This document shows positions 10,182 to 22,468 of a DNA stretch of 64,000 bases, one piece after another. This stretch comes from Elsinoe ampelina (Eukaryota). The DNA is taken from positions 1,231,234-1,295,233 of the forward strand of contig ML992503.1 of NCBI GenBank assembly GCA_010093995.1, given 5' to 3'. How positions within the stretch are numbered: position 1 is the first letter of the stretch; each line of letters begins with the position of its first letter. A program made the translations under genes and the position numbers. The notes beneath the pieces are model-generated. The model was not told the origin of the DNA. It did no database searches and worked only from the letters and a program-made list of their open reading frames with translations.

Positions 10182-13100
10182 CTAGACACTCGCCTGTAGT
10201 GTCCCTTTGCGATTGAGCAATCCGTGAAGCAACCCGTCCAGTTCTGCCGACATCTTGTTGAGTGACTCTCTCTCGTCCTTGAAGAGGTCCTTCATGAGAG
10301 GGTGATCAGAGCTGACAGGCTTAATGTTACTGGTGTCGTAGATGATGGTGAGCATGTCGCGGACATCGTTGTCGCCATCGAGCCATGCTCGGAGACCTGC
10401 ATCCGACCAAGTAGTGGCATTCGTCGATGCTGGAGAGGGTGACAAGTTGGCGCGAGAAGAGCCTGTCGATGACTTGGAGTTCTGCCTCTGCGGGTCGAGC
10501 GACGAGTCATCGCCCGCCGCTGAGGGCGCTCTCGCAGGTGCCGGGATGGCTGACGAGCTGTCCACCGCCGGATGCGGCGACTGTGACTTGGAGGGCACCG
10601 GCGTTGGGTCGTCATCGGTCTTGCCGTCATCCGACGAGGCGGGTGCAGCCTTGGCTGCCTTGGCCGCCGTGGCCACCTCCTTCTTCCCTGGCTCGTGGCC
10701 CTCGATGATGCTTGGAGGGGTGGACGACCCCTCCTTGCCCTCCTCGGGAGTATCGTTGCCCCTATCCTCCTCGTCGGATGAATCATAGTCACCCGGACGC
10801 ATAGGTATGTGCACAGCCTCGGTCCCATGCATGAAGGACCCGTTGCGAAGATCCTCCGAGTCGAGCGAGCCGCTGGCACGAGCCTCATCTTCTTCCTGCT
10901 CATCAAAGTCATCCAGGACTTGTCGTTGCTTGGCAGGCTTGACGCGACGATTCTTGGGCTTGGATGCTGATGGTGGTGCAATCGGAATTTCATCTTCGAG
11001 ACCGGTCGGAGCCTCATAAGCGACCTGCGATCCCTCCAATTCTGCCATGTACGCCGCAGAGTGCTGCTGGGCGAGTGGATTTTGAGTTGTACCCTCGACT
11101 GGAGTGGTAGGATTGGTTGATGATGGCGTCCCACCTGGTGACGACTTCTGGAGCTTGCGACCCTTTTGAGACGTCTTTCGCTCCATGACCTCGCGCCCTT
11201 TGACGACTGGGTCTGTGAGTGGTAATGATGCAGTCGAGTGGCGGGCAGTGTCGAGAGACACACGCTCTACATCATTCTCACTGACGAACTCCTTCTTCTT
11301 GGCCTTTTCCTTCTCTTTCTCTTTCTTCTTGCTCTTGAAGAGGCCGCTGAGCATACCTTGCTTCTTTTCTTTCTTGGGTTTGTCCTCCTTTGGATCTGGG
11401 GCAAATGGATCCGGGCTCTCGATGCGTGTACCACTGCTTTCGGTCCTGAATGAATTCTTGCTGCCAGTACTGTCGTCGCGGAGCAGATTAGGAGTGAGGG
11501 TGAATTTGCGTGTCTCTGCTGTGTCGTCTTTGAGGAAAGAGTCAGCGTTGCGAGTTGTGCCTTTGCGTGATTTGGTGAGTGCAGCAGCCTCGTCCTTTTC
11601 GAGAATTTTGGGGCTGAGTGGTGCCTCACTTGACTGCAGAGGGCTGTCACGCACTGTTGCACTTTGCTGTGTGATGTTGTCGCCAGTGCTGGCTTGCACT
11701 GTGTCGACCGTGGCGGTCTGTTGTTGCTGCGGTGAGTTGCCTCCGGCAGCACCGTTAGTTGTACCGAAGCGCATCTCGGGCACGTGATCCTCCTCTTCAT
11801 CAGAGTAGTCGTAGTCGGAAGCTTCAACATAAGTCGGTGCGGCGAACTGCACAGTCTTGGTCTGCCTTCGCTTCATGGCCTTCTTGAGCGGATTCTTCGA
11901 TCGCTCAGCATTGTCACCGAGCATGGCGGCGGAGAGCTTCGAACAGTCAGCATCGATCTTAAGAACTTGACCGTGACACTCACATCAACGTTGCGGTGCT
12001 TGTTGAGACGTGCGAGGCGTTCCGTCGGCGTCTCGATATGCTCGGCGGGAAGGTAACCTATACTACTGTCCTTTACGACACGAACAAGCCACCAGTAGCT
12101 GTTGCTGTCGTCGAGCAATACCATGGTGTCGCCCTTGGTAGCATTGGCCTGTCCTTCCACAGTGGCGACAAAGGTGTGAAGCGCGTAGACGAAATCAAAG
12201 TCAATATCTTCTGGGAGATGTAAGCACTCATCCGAATGAACATCGCGAACAAAGCAGCCGTCAGCGCGCAGCAGCCAGCAGCCGGAGAAGTCGAGCTTGA
12301 GGTCCTGCACAGGTGAGTTGCTTCGTTGGTTAGTATCAGGTGAGGGTGAAAGTCTGATGTCGAGTGTTTCGAAGGAGGTGGTTGATTGCGTTCTGATGCT
12401 GACAAAATCGAGGTCCAGAGCTGGTGTAAGCAGATCAAAGTCGTGGACTGACAAAGAGCTCTGGCGAGCACCCATGTTTGCTGGAGAGGATAGGCGAGTT
12501 GGCGATAGTTGCGGGTTCCAAGTCTTCTCACGGCGGGGTAAGAAGGAGTTTCGAAGCCATGGCGCGCCCTGCATGTGATATTTGCCAAGTTTAGGCATCG
12601 GCGGTGTTTCCTCCTCTTCTGGGACTTCTGTGGCGTGAAGCGTTTCCGAAGTCGAATCCACAGAATCCGGACTGCTCGGTAACCCTGCTGTCCCTGGAGG
12701 CTTGAAGAAGCGATCGAAGAAGTTTGTGACTGGCGTATCTGGACCAGACCAGTCCGAGGAAGCGTCCGAGAAGTCGTCGTCCGTTGTTACAAAGCCTGAT
12801 GAATCCGACCAGTCGTCCGCAGTTGCCGAACCTGGTGAGTCGACAGAGTCATGGTGAAATGTCGATCCAGGCTGGGGCACCACGTTTGGCTGCAATAGAT
12901 TCCACCGCGCAACTGACCGCTGCAAAGAAATTGGTCGCGGGGCCAGATGCGCCCCTTGACACGAGCACTCACCATCATCAATGGAGGGGGAACTCGATAT
13001 TCTGTCCATCATATCATCGTCCGAGGCAGCATCACTCTCCGAGTGGGTGCTTTGAGTATCCTCGGTGGTCGTGTGAGTTCCGCCCGTCCCATTGGTATTT

Positions 13101-13374
13101 ATGCTTTCCCCCGATATATTCCAAGCCTGTTGCAAGCTCCTCTCTTCATCATTACGTTCTTCGTTTGCATGGCGTATCTCAGATGCGTGATGTGACCCGA
13201 CCAGGTTATCGCTAAAGTCCATGTTCTGAGCCTGATTCTTGGAATGGTCCTGCGCCGATGGACTGTCCTGGTCCTGCAGGTCGAGCGTATCTGTGGGAAA
13301 TGGTTAGATGGATTTCCCTCACATATGGCTTGCTTCATTGGTATACCAGCTCGGACGATTCCCGGTCGCGTCAT
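10182..13374 (-). CDS. SH3-domain cell-end marker protein, Tea4/TeaC/Bud14 family
   Basis: Spliced model: MTRPGIVRA|DTLDLQD (intron 13291-13346), SSSPSIDD|EDIDFDFVYALHTFVATVEGQ (intron 12211-12972), SH3 core SYWWLVRVV..GYLPAEHIETPTERLARLNKHRN, intron 11937-11983, then a KTVQF PP1-docking (RVxF-type) motif. Confidence 0.85.
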
Positions 13375-14641
13375 GATGTGAGGTTGAAATTACGGCTGCG
13401 ACCTAGCGCGTGGCTGGTATGTGAATTTGCGCCGTGAGGGGTCCCGAAGAGTCGATTTGGTCTCGTTTGATCGGAGCAAATGTCACAAATGTGGCATTGA
13501 CAATGGAACGAGGCAGGATGAAGCTTGGAGGCCAGCTGCGGTGGTGAGAGATTTTGTTGGAGAGGCGGAATATTGGGTCATGCAGTCGCTACACGCAACG
13601 GCCTTGGAAAAGGTCGCCGTTAATGTCTTGCGCCGTTGGATTGTTCTTCGTGACGCACTTGTTAGTCGTGCGAGCGGTCGCACACATGTGGCATTGCATG
13701 TGGAGTGGTCGACATGTGTGGTGAGGTGTGAATTTGGAGAGATTGCTGGAAATAGGGATTCGAGGACGAGGCAGGATGTTGGATTTGTGACGATTCGGGC
13801 AAGGTTCCATTTGGTGTCGCTCAAGTGTGGCCCAGAGTCTGGGGAGGAGGGTTCAGGGCCTGATTGGCTCGTGCCTGAAGTTGCGCACAGGCTCTTTCGA
13901 CGGCTGCCGCACCATCTCTTCCTTGCTGCATCTCTATACCGGTCTCTCGGAATCGTCACAACCCCTGAGACAACTCTAACGGCACTCTTGCTATGCCCTG
14001 TCTTCTGTGATGAAACAACGCAGGTGTCCTTCTGGCAGTTGCAACGACCTTGTCTGACCTTAGGTCACACTGCCGCACGTGAGATAACGTGAGATACCGC
14101 TATCGCTCGAGCGAGGGCCGGCACGATTCAGACCATCAGCTTTTTCACAACGGCCTCGCCTGAATAACGTGCCTACCACGCCTCGGATTTCCCTATTGCG
14201 ATAATAGCGTCTGGTCTTGCACTCGAAACTTCCACGACACCTGTTAGAAAGGCGCTCGATTGAAACACTTGTACCTGTTGCTCGTGAACTGTCGTTGCGC
14301 AACCAATTGCTTGACCCTCCAGTATTGACTGGTTACGATGCATACAGGTACGAGAGGCGCATCGTCTGCATTCTATTCGGTGAGACATGGGGAATTACTC
14401 GCCAAAACCTCGAGAATAGTGAGCCATGAACTGGGATTGGTGAAGTGCTGTATACTAACCCCGTTGTTGTCAGAACTGCCTCGAGAGCTACATTGGCACG
14501 CATCCTCTCGGTCTGGCCACTACCAGGTACTTGACAAGAGAGTGAAATTTGAAATAAACATCTATATCTGCAAACTCGTGACCATGTCCTGTGATCCATG
14601 GTAGCCCCGCCATCAAACGCCTGCGCTTCCCACATGTCCAC

Positions 14642-15616
14642 TCATAGGAAGAGAAACCTGAAGACCATGAATGCCAGAGCACCCGCGACGCCTACGATGG
14701 CCTTGTCAAGCCATGCCACGTCCGACTGAGGAGCTCTCCTTCGCGCCTGCGCCTGCGCCTGAGTCGGCTGGACTGGCAACGGTTGCGTTGGTGTAGGTCG
14801 TGGAGTCCTGACAGCCATTTGGGCGGGGACAGCTCTCAGCGCTCTGACACCGCTCTGCGCACCACCTTGCACTTCAGCTTGCGCAACATTACTCATCGCC
14901 GCCTCCTTCTGCACCTCTGCGCCGACCTCCTCCCCCTTCTTCTCTCCCTCCTTCTTCCCACCCTGCCCCTTCCCAAGCTGATCCCTATACCCCAACCTCA
15001 ACTCCTCCGGCACCTTCTCCTCCCCCTTTCCCTCCCCTCCCTCCCCCCGCTCCTCACACTCCCTCTCCCTCTCCCTCATAACCTCCCCATTCGTCCTCCC
15101 ACACTCCCTACACCTCCACCCCTCACTCTCCCCCGCCAACCTCCTCTTCACCCCCTCATCCGCATCCATCCCCCCCACCGCCCCTCCCGACTCACTATCC
15201 ATGAACCCGCGTATCGCCAACAACGCAGTCCGTATCCCCCACGCAGGCTGCCATGTCTCTTCGTGGAAACCCGAGATGCTGAGGCAGATTTCGCGGTTGA
15301 CTTCGAAGCGGCCGGAGGGGGTGAGGAAGCGGAATGAGGGCGGCCGGAGGGGGTAGGAGGGGGGCAGGACGATGCGTCCGTGGTAGAGCCCGCCGGTGTA
15401 CGGGGAGGAAGGGGGCCCGCGGAGGGTGAAGTGCCATTCGAAGAGGTTGGCGTCGAGGGGGTGGGCGGCGAAGTCGGGGGAGGGGTGGAGGGTGAGTTCT
15501 TTGGATTCTTGGACTATAGGGAGGTTAGAGAGGGGGCAGGAAGGGAAGAGAGGGGAGGACGGACGGATGCGTTTGATTGTGGGTGATTTGGTGGAGAATT
15601 GCCCGGTGGTGGACAT
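14642..15616 (-). CDS. Ubiquitin-conjugating enzyme E2, Ubc6/UBE2J1-like with C-terminal membrane anchor
   Basis: ATG at 15616 and a 51-nt in-frame intron at 15514-15564. Motifs NLFEWHFTLRGP, YHGRIVLP..YP..PP and TPSGRFEVNREICLSISGFHEETWQPAW; hydrophobic tail DKAIVGVAGALAFMVFRFLFL. Confidence 0.88.
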   Translation of the reverse strand: MSTTGQFSTKSPTIKRIRPSSPLFPSCPLSNLPIVQESKELTLHPSPDFAAHPLDANLFEWHFTLRGPPSSPYTGGLYHGRIVLPPSYPLRPPSFRFLTPSGRFEVNREICLSISGFHEETWQPAWGIRTALLAIRGFMDSESGGAVGGMDADEGVKRRLAGESEGWRCRECGRTNGEVMRERERECEERGEGGEGKGEEKVPEELRLGYRDQLGKGQGGKKEGEKKGEEVGAEVQKEAAMSNVAQAEVQGGAQSGVRALRAVPAQMAVRTPRPTPTQPLPVQPTQAQAQARRRAPQSDVAWLDKAIVGVAGALAFMVFRFLFL

Positions 15617-16043
15617 TGTGGTGGTGTGGGTGAGATTCGCAGGCAAGGGAGACTCAGTGAAGAACTCCTTGGGACAGGTATGATGTAGACTTGGCGATAA
15701 GGCGACGCTCTCGGGAGCCAGGACTGAGCAGATCAATAGTCCTGGTGAGAAAGGATGAATGTACGGCTTAAGATAGCCGCCCGGATGTTGCGACGTTGTC
15801 CTTGCCGGGCCCGCTCGGATTGGTGGGGCTGCGGTGTCGATCAGCCTTGCTCCCCTTATCATCAAGGGCGTAGCACTATTTCAATAGGACTCATGGAAAC
15901 CTCCGAGACAGTTCATATTTACGATATGGTTACGAATATAGGGTATCTACCGTCCTTCGATGACACCGCCGTGCCTCCCAATACTGTACATGTCGTTCAG
16001 CTATGATACACCATATACATTCCTCGATATACATCATTTACAA

Positions 16044-19000
16044 TCAAGCATTTTGCCAAGTCGATGTTGGATTTTTCCTGTAGATTGTCGCGGTGTGTAC
16101 CTTGTTAGGAGTGTTCTGCGTCTGCCATTGTGGATACCTGGCCGAGGCCGGTCTCTTCCAAGTCTGTTCATTGCCAGAGGGCCAGTCCCTATCGAATACC
16201 TCGAACATCGTGGGTTGCTGCTCCGTGGGATCCTTCGAGGCAGCGCTTGATTTCTTCCTCCCTCTTTGGCTTGTCGCAGTCGATTTGGGCTTAGCAGCCG
16301 ATGGTGGCTTGATATCCTTGATGATCTGCTTCAGTTCAAGATCATTTGATGTGATCTGCGCTCGGATGTAGTTTCTATCCTCAGTAGACTGCAGAGCAGA
16401 CATCACTGGCGACCGCACAACGTATGAAAACTTCTCTGGTGCTGGCGGATTGGTAGGAACAATGCTATCGTCCAGGACAGCAGCCTGCTCCTTTGCCAGA
16501 AGCTGCATTATGTCGAGACTCTCGCCGGGCGCTATTGGAGTTCGATGCGAAGGCGTGACGCAGTCCATGTCGACTTCCTTCCGCAAGACATGATCAATAT
16601 CGATCGCAGAGAAGTAAGCACAAGACTGTGGCAGGTCGTTGATGCCCATCTGCTGACTGAACATGGCGCGTGTCCAGACATTGGCCACCTGTAAAGCCAT
16701 GGCCGCTCGATACTTGTCTTCGTCCTTGACCAGATATCGAATCTCGTCATGCACAGTGATGGCCAGTCGCGTGTCGATATTGTATCTGCGTGCCAGGTAG
16801 TCCATGCTCACAATGAGCATATGAAGGTAGTCAACGCCACTCGACTGAATGGCCCAGTTGATTCTTGACGTCATGAAGCCTCCTTTGGAAATGTAGCGTC
16901 GCATCAATGCCTCTGTGATGCCAGCTCCAAGCACCGGGGTCCTTGGCTTTTCCTGCTCAGCAAAATCTTCCAGCTTGTTGAAGACGAACGATTCGGTCCC
17001 GCCTCTCCAGAATGCTCGATCGTGAAGAATCTTCCTGTTCGTTCGCTGCCCCTTGGTCTCCTTATACAAGTTTCCGGCCGTCTTGGCAGCATCTGACTCC
17101 GTAATAGTGGGGTTGAATTGTCGAAGGAGCGTGCTTGCAAATTTGAGACCAGCACCATATATGCGTCCATAGTTGAAGACTTTGGCGTCGTTGCGAGTGA
17201 TTCCGAGGATCTTAGCAGTCCGCGAATGCAAATCTGTGCCTGCCGCTTTACTGCCTTCAAGTGTCATGAACCCGATCGCGTTCCCGCCGTGAATTTTGAA
17301 TGAGGCATCACCAACCAAACTAGCAATCCAGAGCTCTTGACTGTCCACATCTGCACCGACGAATGAGTATCCTGGAGACGCCTTGATCATGGATTTCAAT
17401 TCAGATCCAACACGATTCTTCTTTGCGTTACTCGCTGTCAGCCAGGTATTCTCCACAGCACGACGAGTGATGGTGCCCATGGGAATGATTTGAGGAAGTA
17501 TGAAACCCTGATCGGTTTGCCTTTGAGACGAAGGTGCCCGGCCAAGGTCAGACTCATATATGACCAACTGAGACATGATCCGATCGCGAGCGCTGATCCA
17601 GTACGAGCATGATGCGTTCATCTCCAATGCCTCTTTGGCGTAAGCAAATTCAGACGACAGTGTACCTTTCTCAAAGAAAGCAAGATATCCTTTCGCAAGT
17701 GGATTGGCACATCGCGCCAAAGGTCCATCCTTATGAGGTAATTTGTAGTATGCATGATCCATGTCGTGGCGCAAAGTGAGGTTCTCTTCTTCTGACATGT
17801 CGGCTTGTCTCATCGCCTGGCCTTCGTACTTGTCGATTGACTCGAGCGGTACCTGGAATGTCCACCCATGTTTGTCAGACCAGACCAGAGGATATCCGTC
17901 CCAGGACAGCCGCAGAAGGATTGGCGCTATGCGAGTCCTCACTGTAAGTGCCATGGGAGAATCATTCTTGGCGAAGAGATCTTTGTACCATTTGGGCATG
18001 CCTGGCTTCTTTTGCCTCGCTGCCATTCGAGGCTCATCGCCTTTCTTCTTGGGTTTGACGTACTTTATCTCCTGGCCGGTCCAGTCCAGCTGCTGCAACC
18101 AGGGATCGTTGGAGTATTTCTCGGGATGGTCCTTGACTTCGAGCGCTTTCTCGGCGAGGTCCTTGAGTCGTTCTTCTACACCGTCGGAGAGTTTGTGATA
18201 CGTCGCCTCTGCATTCGATAGGTAGGTCTCCCATGATTTATCCACGGGGAGAATTTCTGCTGAGAGGTGTCGAAGCGCCGCGAAGCTGACAGGGTGGGGG
18301 CATGTCTCGAGGAAAGCTGGAAAGACCTTCTGGTAGACCTTGTGTGTCACGTCGACATCTGCAGCACAGTAGTCAAGCAATTCGTCCATGCGCTCGCGAA
18401 TGCCGTGCCTGTCCAGCTCACCGAACCATTCTCGCCTGGCCTCGTCTATTGTGATACCGCAATGAAATTTGGCCACATCCCGCAATGAATTGACGGAGCT
18501 TCGTCCGACCCAAAGCTCCTCTTCCTCATCAGAATCTTGCCGTGTCTGAAGTAGCGACGTGAGATCGGCCGTAGCATCTGCATTTGCAATCTTTTCGCGG
18601 TCTTCCCTAGCTTTCCTGTGCTTGACCCATTGTGGCCGTTGCCTGGAGCACATGCCATTGACCGCAACATGCAGAGACATGGTGTCCATGAAGAAGTTCT
18701 TGCTCTGGCTTAATTGATACTCCTCGGCGACGCGAGCCCTGTCGTAGCCCACGTTGTGACCGATTATGATTCTAGGCATTCTGATGTCTCCGAAAGGTAT
18801 CAGATGCTGATCGTTTTCAGTTTCTTCTAGCAGCCAGGGCGATATCCAAGAGTACCATGCAGAGTCACTGGCGGCGCAAGCCATGGCCGGAAACGATGTC
18901 TCTTTCCACATGACCTCAGTATCAAAGGTCAAGACCTGCTCTTCAGGCGCGTCCACCGCGTTCCATGACCCGTCTGCGAAGTATTTTGTCCAACCACTTT

Positions 19001-19493
19001 TTGCTGTCTCCCATTTTCGAGGTTTAGGAGGTGGACTAGCAATTGCAAACCGTTTTGCGAGTGTCAGGTACGGCTCAGAAGCATCCATACCCAGCTTGTA
19101 GAAGTGCTCATCCAAGGTCCTACCTTGGAGCTGCGGGAGGTCAAATGATACCGGAGGCGAGGAATCGGTGTTCTTCCCTAGGAGATCGTGTCTGGTAAGA
19201 TGGTCTTTTGCCAATTCGACGAGCTCCTCGGGTGCAGGAGGAGCAGCCTCTGGGAAGAGTTGTGCGTGGACATGGTCGCTGACCTGTTGAACACCAATCT
19301 CGTTATGCCTGGCTTTAGGTGTCCGCGCTGTAGTCTGCAATCGACCAGGTGTATCGCTGCTACAGGCTGTCTGGGTCGTATATAGACGACGGGTGGGCAC
19401 CTCTTGGGCGGACCGGAGGATGCGGAGAAAGGTGGTTTGCTGCGAGCGGTGAATGACCGCTATCCTCGGTCGCGCGTAGCAGATCCTCCTCAT
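16044..19493 (-). CDS. MIP1: Mitochondrial DNA polymerase gamma
   Basis: 1149-aa ORF with an Arg-rich presequence, exonuclease motifs FDTE and GHNVGYDRAR, and polymerase motifs VGADVDSQELWIA, RNDAKVFNYGRIYGAG and ITVHDEIRYLV. Confidence 0.97.
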   Translation of the reverse strand: MRRICYARPRIAVIHRSQQTTFLRILRSAQEVPTRRLYTTQTACSSDTPGRLQTTARTPKARHNEIGVQQVSDHVHAQLFPEAAPPAPEELVELAKDHLTRHDLLGKNTDSSPPVSFDLPQLQGRTLDEHFYKLGMDASEPYLTLAKRFAIASPPPKPRKWETAKSGWTKYFADGSWNAVDAPEEQVLTFDTEVMWKETSFPAMACAASDSAWYSWISPWLLEETENDQHLIPFGDIRMPRIIIGHNVGYDRARVAEEYQLSQSKNFFMDTMSLHVAVNGMCSRQRPQWVKHRKAREDREKIANADATADLTSLLQTRQDSDEEEELWVGRSSVNSLRDVAKFHCGITIDEARREWFGELDRHGIRERMDELLDYCAADVDVTHKVYQKVFPAFLETCPHPVSFAALRHLSAEILPVDKSWETYLSNAEATYHKLSDGVEERLKDLAEKALEVKDHPEKYSNDPWLQQLDWTGQEIKYVKPKKKGDEPRMAARQKKPGMPKWYKDLFAKNDSPMALTVRTRIAPILLRLSWDGYPLVWSDKHGWTFQVPLESIDKYEGQAMRQADMSEEENLTLRHDMDHAYYKLPHKDGPLARCANPLAKGYLAFFEKGTLSSEFAYAKEALEMNASCSYWISARDRIMSQLVIYESDLGRAPSSQRQTDQGFILPQIIPMGTITRRAVENTWLTASNAKKNRVGSELKSMIKASPGYSFVGADVDSQELWIASLVGDASFKIHGGNAIGFMTLEGSKAAGTDLHSRTAKILGITRNDAKVFNYGRIYGAGLKFASTLLRQFNPTITESDAAKTAGNLYKETKGQRTNRKILHDRAFWRGGTESFVFNKLEDFAEQEKPRTPVLGAGITEALMRRYISKGGFMTSRINWAIQSSGVDYLHMLIVSMDYLARRYNIDTRLAITVHDEIRYLVKDEDKYRAAMALQVANVWTRAMFSQQMGINDLPQSCAYFSAIDIDHVLRKEVDMDCVTPSHRTPIAPGESLDIMQLLAKEQAAVLDDSIVPTNPPAPEKFSYVVRSPVMSALQSTEDRNYIRAQITSNDLELKQIIKDIKPPSAAKPKSTATSQRGRKKSSAASKDPTEQQPTMFEVFDRDWPSGNEQTWKRPASARYPQWQTQNTPNKVHTATIYRKNPTSTWQNA

Positions 19494-20071
19494 CGCATTC
19501 GCAATATGTACATGTCGAAAATGAGACGCAGGAGGAGACTGAGCGCATAAGAATGCGCCGCCGATCTCGTTGGCTCAAGCCGTCAGATTTGCGAAATCTT
19601 GGCAGATTTGGTTACCCTTTGATGGTTTCCTGCTTCTTCTGCATTCTCAAACCACTCCCGATCTCTGCTTGTCTGCTCGAATTGACATACGGTAATTGTG
19701 ATAATCCGGTATACAAAGCATGAAGTAAAGATGCGCATACACATGTCTCGGTCCTAAAAAGGCATAATGCATGCAGCCACTGGCGACCACAGTCTCGGGT
19801 CCCGCTGCGGAGTAGGAGGTAATTGGCAAGAGGAGCAATGAGGAGCAACGACGAGCTGGCAGGCGGCCCAAATACCTGCATTAGCCCCGGCCGAGCTAGG
19901 ATACATTGTGTAACTTCAAATCCTATCATTAGTCTGAGTTGCATAGGTTTTCGTTCATAAGTATGCCACATGCACTCTCATTCCTAGAATCATTGACAGG
20001 CCTCTCCTCGCTTTGATTGATCGGCTTTGACCCCGCTTATCCCCGGCCCGGCGGCGAATGCATGTGCCATC

Positions 20072-20995
20072 ATGCAAAACCACAACAGCTTTGCTTCTTC
20101 CTCCAACTGGCATCGCAACGGAACATTTTTCAGCACCTTGTCCGAAGACGACGATAGGGAGATAGGCCCGCCTTGGCTCGATCACACACGTCCACGTCCC
20201 GACGAATCACTGCCATCAGCGTCAACTCATCGACTCCCGCCGCAACAAGCACCTTCTGACTCCAGATACTTCACCAACTCAAGTGGAGTCAGCTTCATAC
20301 AATCCGAGCGTCCTAGAGTGCCTTCGCAAGCCCTTTCACGACCCACTCTTCCACACTTCACACATTCTTCTGATCGGAATTCGTCAGCTTGGAGGGCACC
20401 AGTCACACATCCTCCGAGTGACTGGGAACGATATGACCACTACGTTATAGAGCCTCACCCAGTAGTGTTTCAGCGGAGCCCATCTGAAGCACTATCGCCT
20501 ATCATGCCTTCGGCACCGCCATCACGGAAGCGGGTGGCTATCGACTCGGGAAGAGAACGGCCTAAAAAGATAAGACAGAACTCGGAGGATTTGGAAGAAA
20601 TCAACCTAACATCGGATGATCCCATGGAGGCTGTGTTAGAGCAGGAACGTCAAGAGCTTGTCAAATCACAACAGAAGGACGACGAAGACGGACCCAAGCC
20701 GTTTGGGAAGATGAGCTGTATCATTTGCATGGATACCTTTACGGATGTGACAGCAACGGCATGCGGTAGGTCACACAAGCACAGGCACGACTCAACAATT
20801 TGCTGACACATGATAGGACATATATTCTGTCACGAGTGTCTATCACAAGCGCTACACGCCAGCGAAAAAAACGATCGCGGTGTGGGTAGCTGTCCTGTGT
20901 GCAGGAAGCAGCTCAAGAGGACCACCAAGAACCATATCATACCTCTAGCTCTCATGACTCGGAAGACTTTCCGTGAACAACATCCTCGACGTTGA
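20072..20995 (+). CDS. C3HC4 RING-finger protein, 2 exons
   Basis: Intron 20766-20816 joins CIICMD...ATACG|HIFCHECL...CPVCRK. A SIM-like EEINLT lies upstream of the RING. Confidence 0.85.
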
Positions 20996-21661
20996 ATGCG
21001 AGGAACAGAAAGGTTGTAAAGAGCTTTGAGAAGTTTCGGGCGAGGAGGACCGCGAAGAGGCATGACCTTCATGATACCCAACAGGACACGATTAGCAAGG
21101 CGTTTGGGTCTATGTTGAGGCTTACGGGGCATTTCGTCGTAAATTTGCATCGCATTTCTACCAGTCAAACATTTCCATACCACCCGTGTGCGTGCTGTGA
21201 AAGTCCCTGGACAAGACTCCACCAAATCACCAAATTGCCGCATTGTGACGCTGCCCACATGCAGGAACAACGGCCTGGAGTGGGTCTTTTTGTCAACACA
21301 ACGGCTGGACCAATTCGACTTCTTCACATGTCAGTTTTCCTGTAACATCACACGAAGTATAATAAGTACGCCGACTGTACCTTATGCTTCTTGAGTGACA
21401 TGAAGATGCACCTGTCGTGCAAAAAGGTAGAACAATGATGAAACACACCACTACCAGCCCCGTATGACGTCGACTCAGATGTCCTTCAGGCTGAAATGTT
21501 CCTGATTTCAGGTCCGTCGAGTCTGAGGGAGCCAGGTCTCACTATGCCACCAACCACTCTTTTTTCACTTCATTATTTGACCACATTCCCCCTTTCTTGC
21601 ACATAATACACTGCAAATCTTCTACCATCTCAGTCGTCCCAAAGCTTCATTACCTTGAATC

Positions 21662-22468
21662 ATGGATACACTAAAGAACGCCGCCGAAGTTCTCCTCGGC
21701 CACAGCACCCCAACAAAGCAGTCCGGCAAGGAGCCAGAGACTACTGGTACTACCGGTGCAGGAGGTCCAGAGCCGTTTGACCCTGGTAACAAGGAAGAAA
21801 ACGAGCAAGCCGCTGCTACGTCTTTGGCGACTTCACCCATTAGTGCGACTGCACCAACAAGTCACGCGACCGCAGACAGCGCTTCTGATGAGAAGACCAA
21901 GGATGCTGCGGTGACGACAAATGACAATGGTAAGTCGCAACATCTTCTCACATCCATGAACATATACTGATCGCAATTAGTGACCGCACCTACCACGACG
22001 GCTGTCAACACAAGCGACTCGACAAGCAAACCCGCCGACACCACAGCCCCATCCACAACCGCTCACACCGACCCTGCACCCACCACCGAAACCAGCAAAG
22101 TCACCCCAACAACCACCACCGCCGCCACCACCACCGACTCAAAGCCGACCCCGATCGACTCCCCCATAACCCCCACCTCCCCGAACCCGGCGTCCAAATC
22201 CCCTCGCATCTCCTCCAGCAAACCCCCCGGCTCGCCCAGCGCCAGTCTCGAAGCCACCACCTCCTCGTCCATCAGCGGCGGCGCTGCTCAGAAAGAGAAG
22301 AGCACCCCGTCCAAGTCGTCTTTCTTCAGCAAGAGTGGGGGAAATGATAGCGCCAGTGATAGCCCGAGCAGTGGCAAGAAGAAGAAATTGAGCGAGAGGA
22401 TCAAGGAGAAGTTGCACCTCAAGAAGGAGCAGGCTGTCGTACCGGGGACGAAGTCGGGGGGTGTTTAG
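21662..22468 (+). CDS. Hypothetical Ser/Thr/Pro-rich low-complexity protein, 2 exons
   Basis: Intron 21930-21980 (GTAAGT..ACTGAT..TAG). Contains GPEPFDPGN and a C-terminal KKKLSERIKEKLHL motif. Confidence 0.65.

Noticed and set aside
13421..14640. 223-aa and 158-aa ORFs upstream of the Tea4-like gene
   Set aside because: Non-ATG starts, no protein-like features; probably leader or promoter sequence.
21430..21501. Possible C/D-box snoRNA (gaaca-ATGATGA...CTGA-aa-tgttc)
   Set aside because: Terminal-stem geometry is atypical, there is no clear C'/D' pair, and the possible rRNA guide is only an imperfect match from memory; needs snoscan or Infernal.
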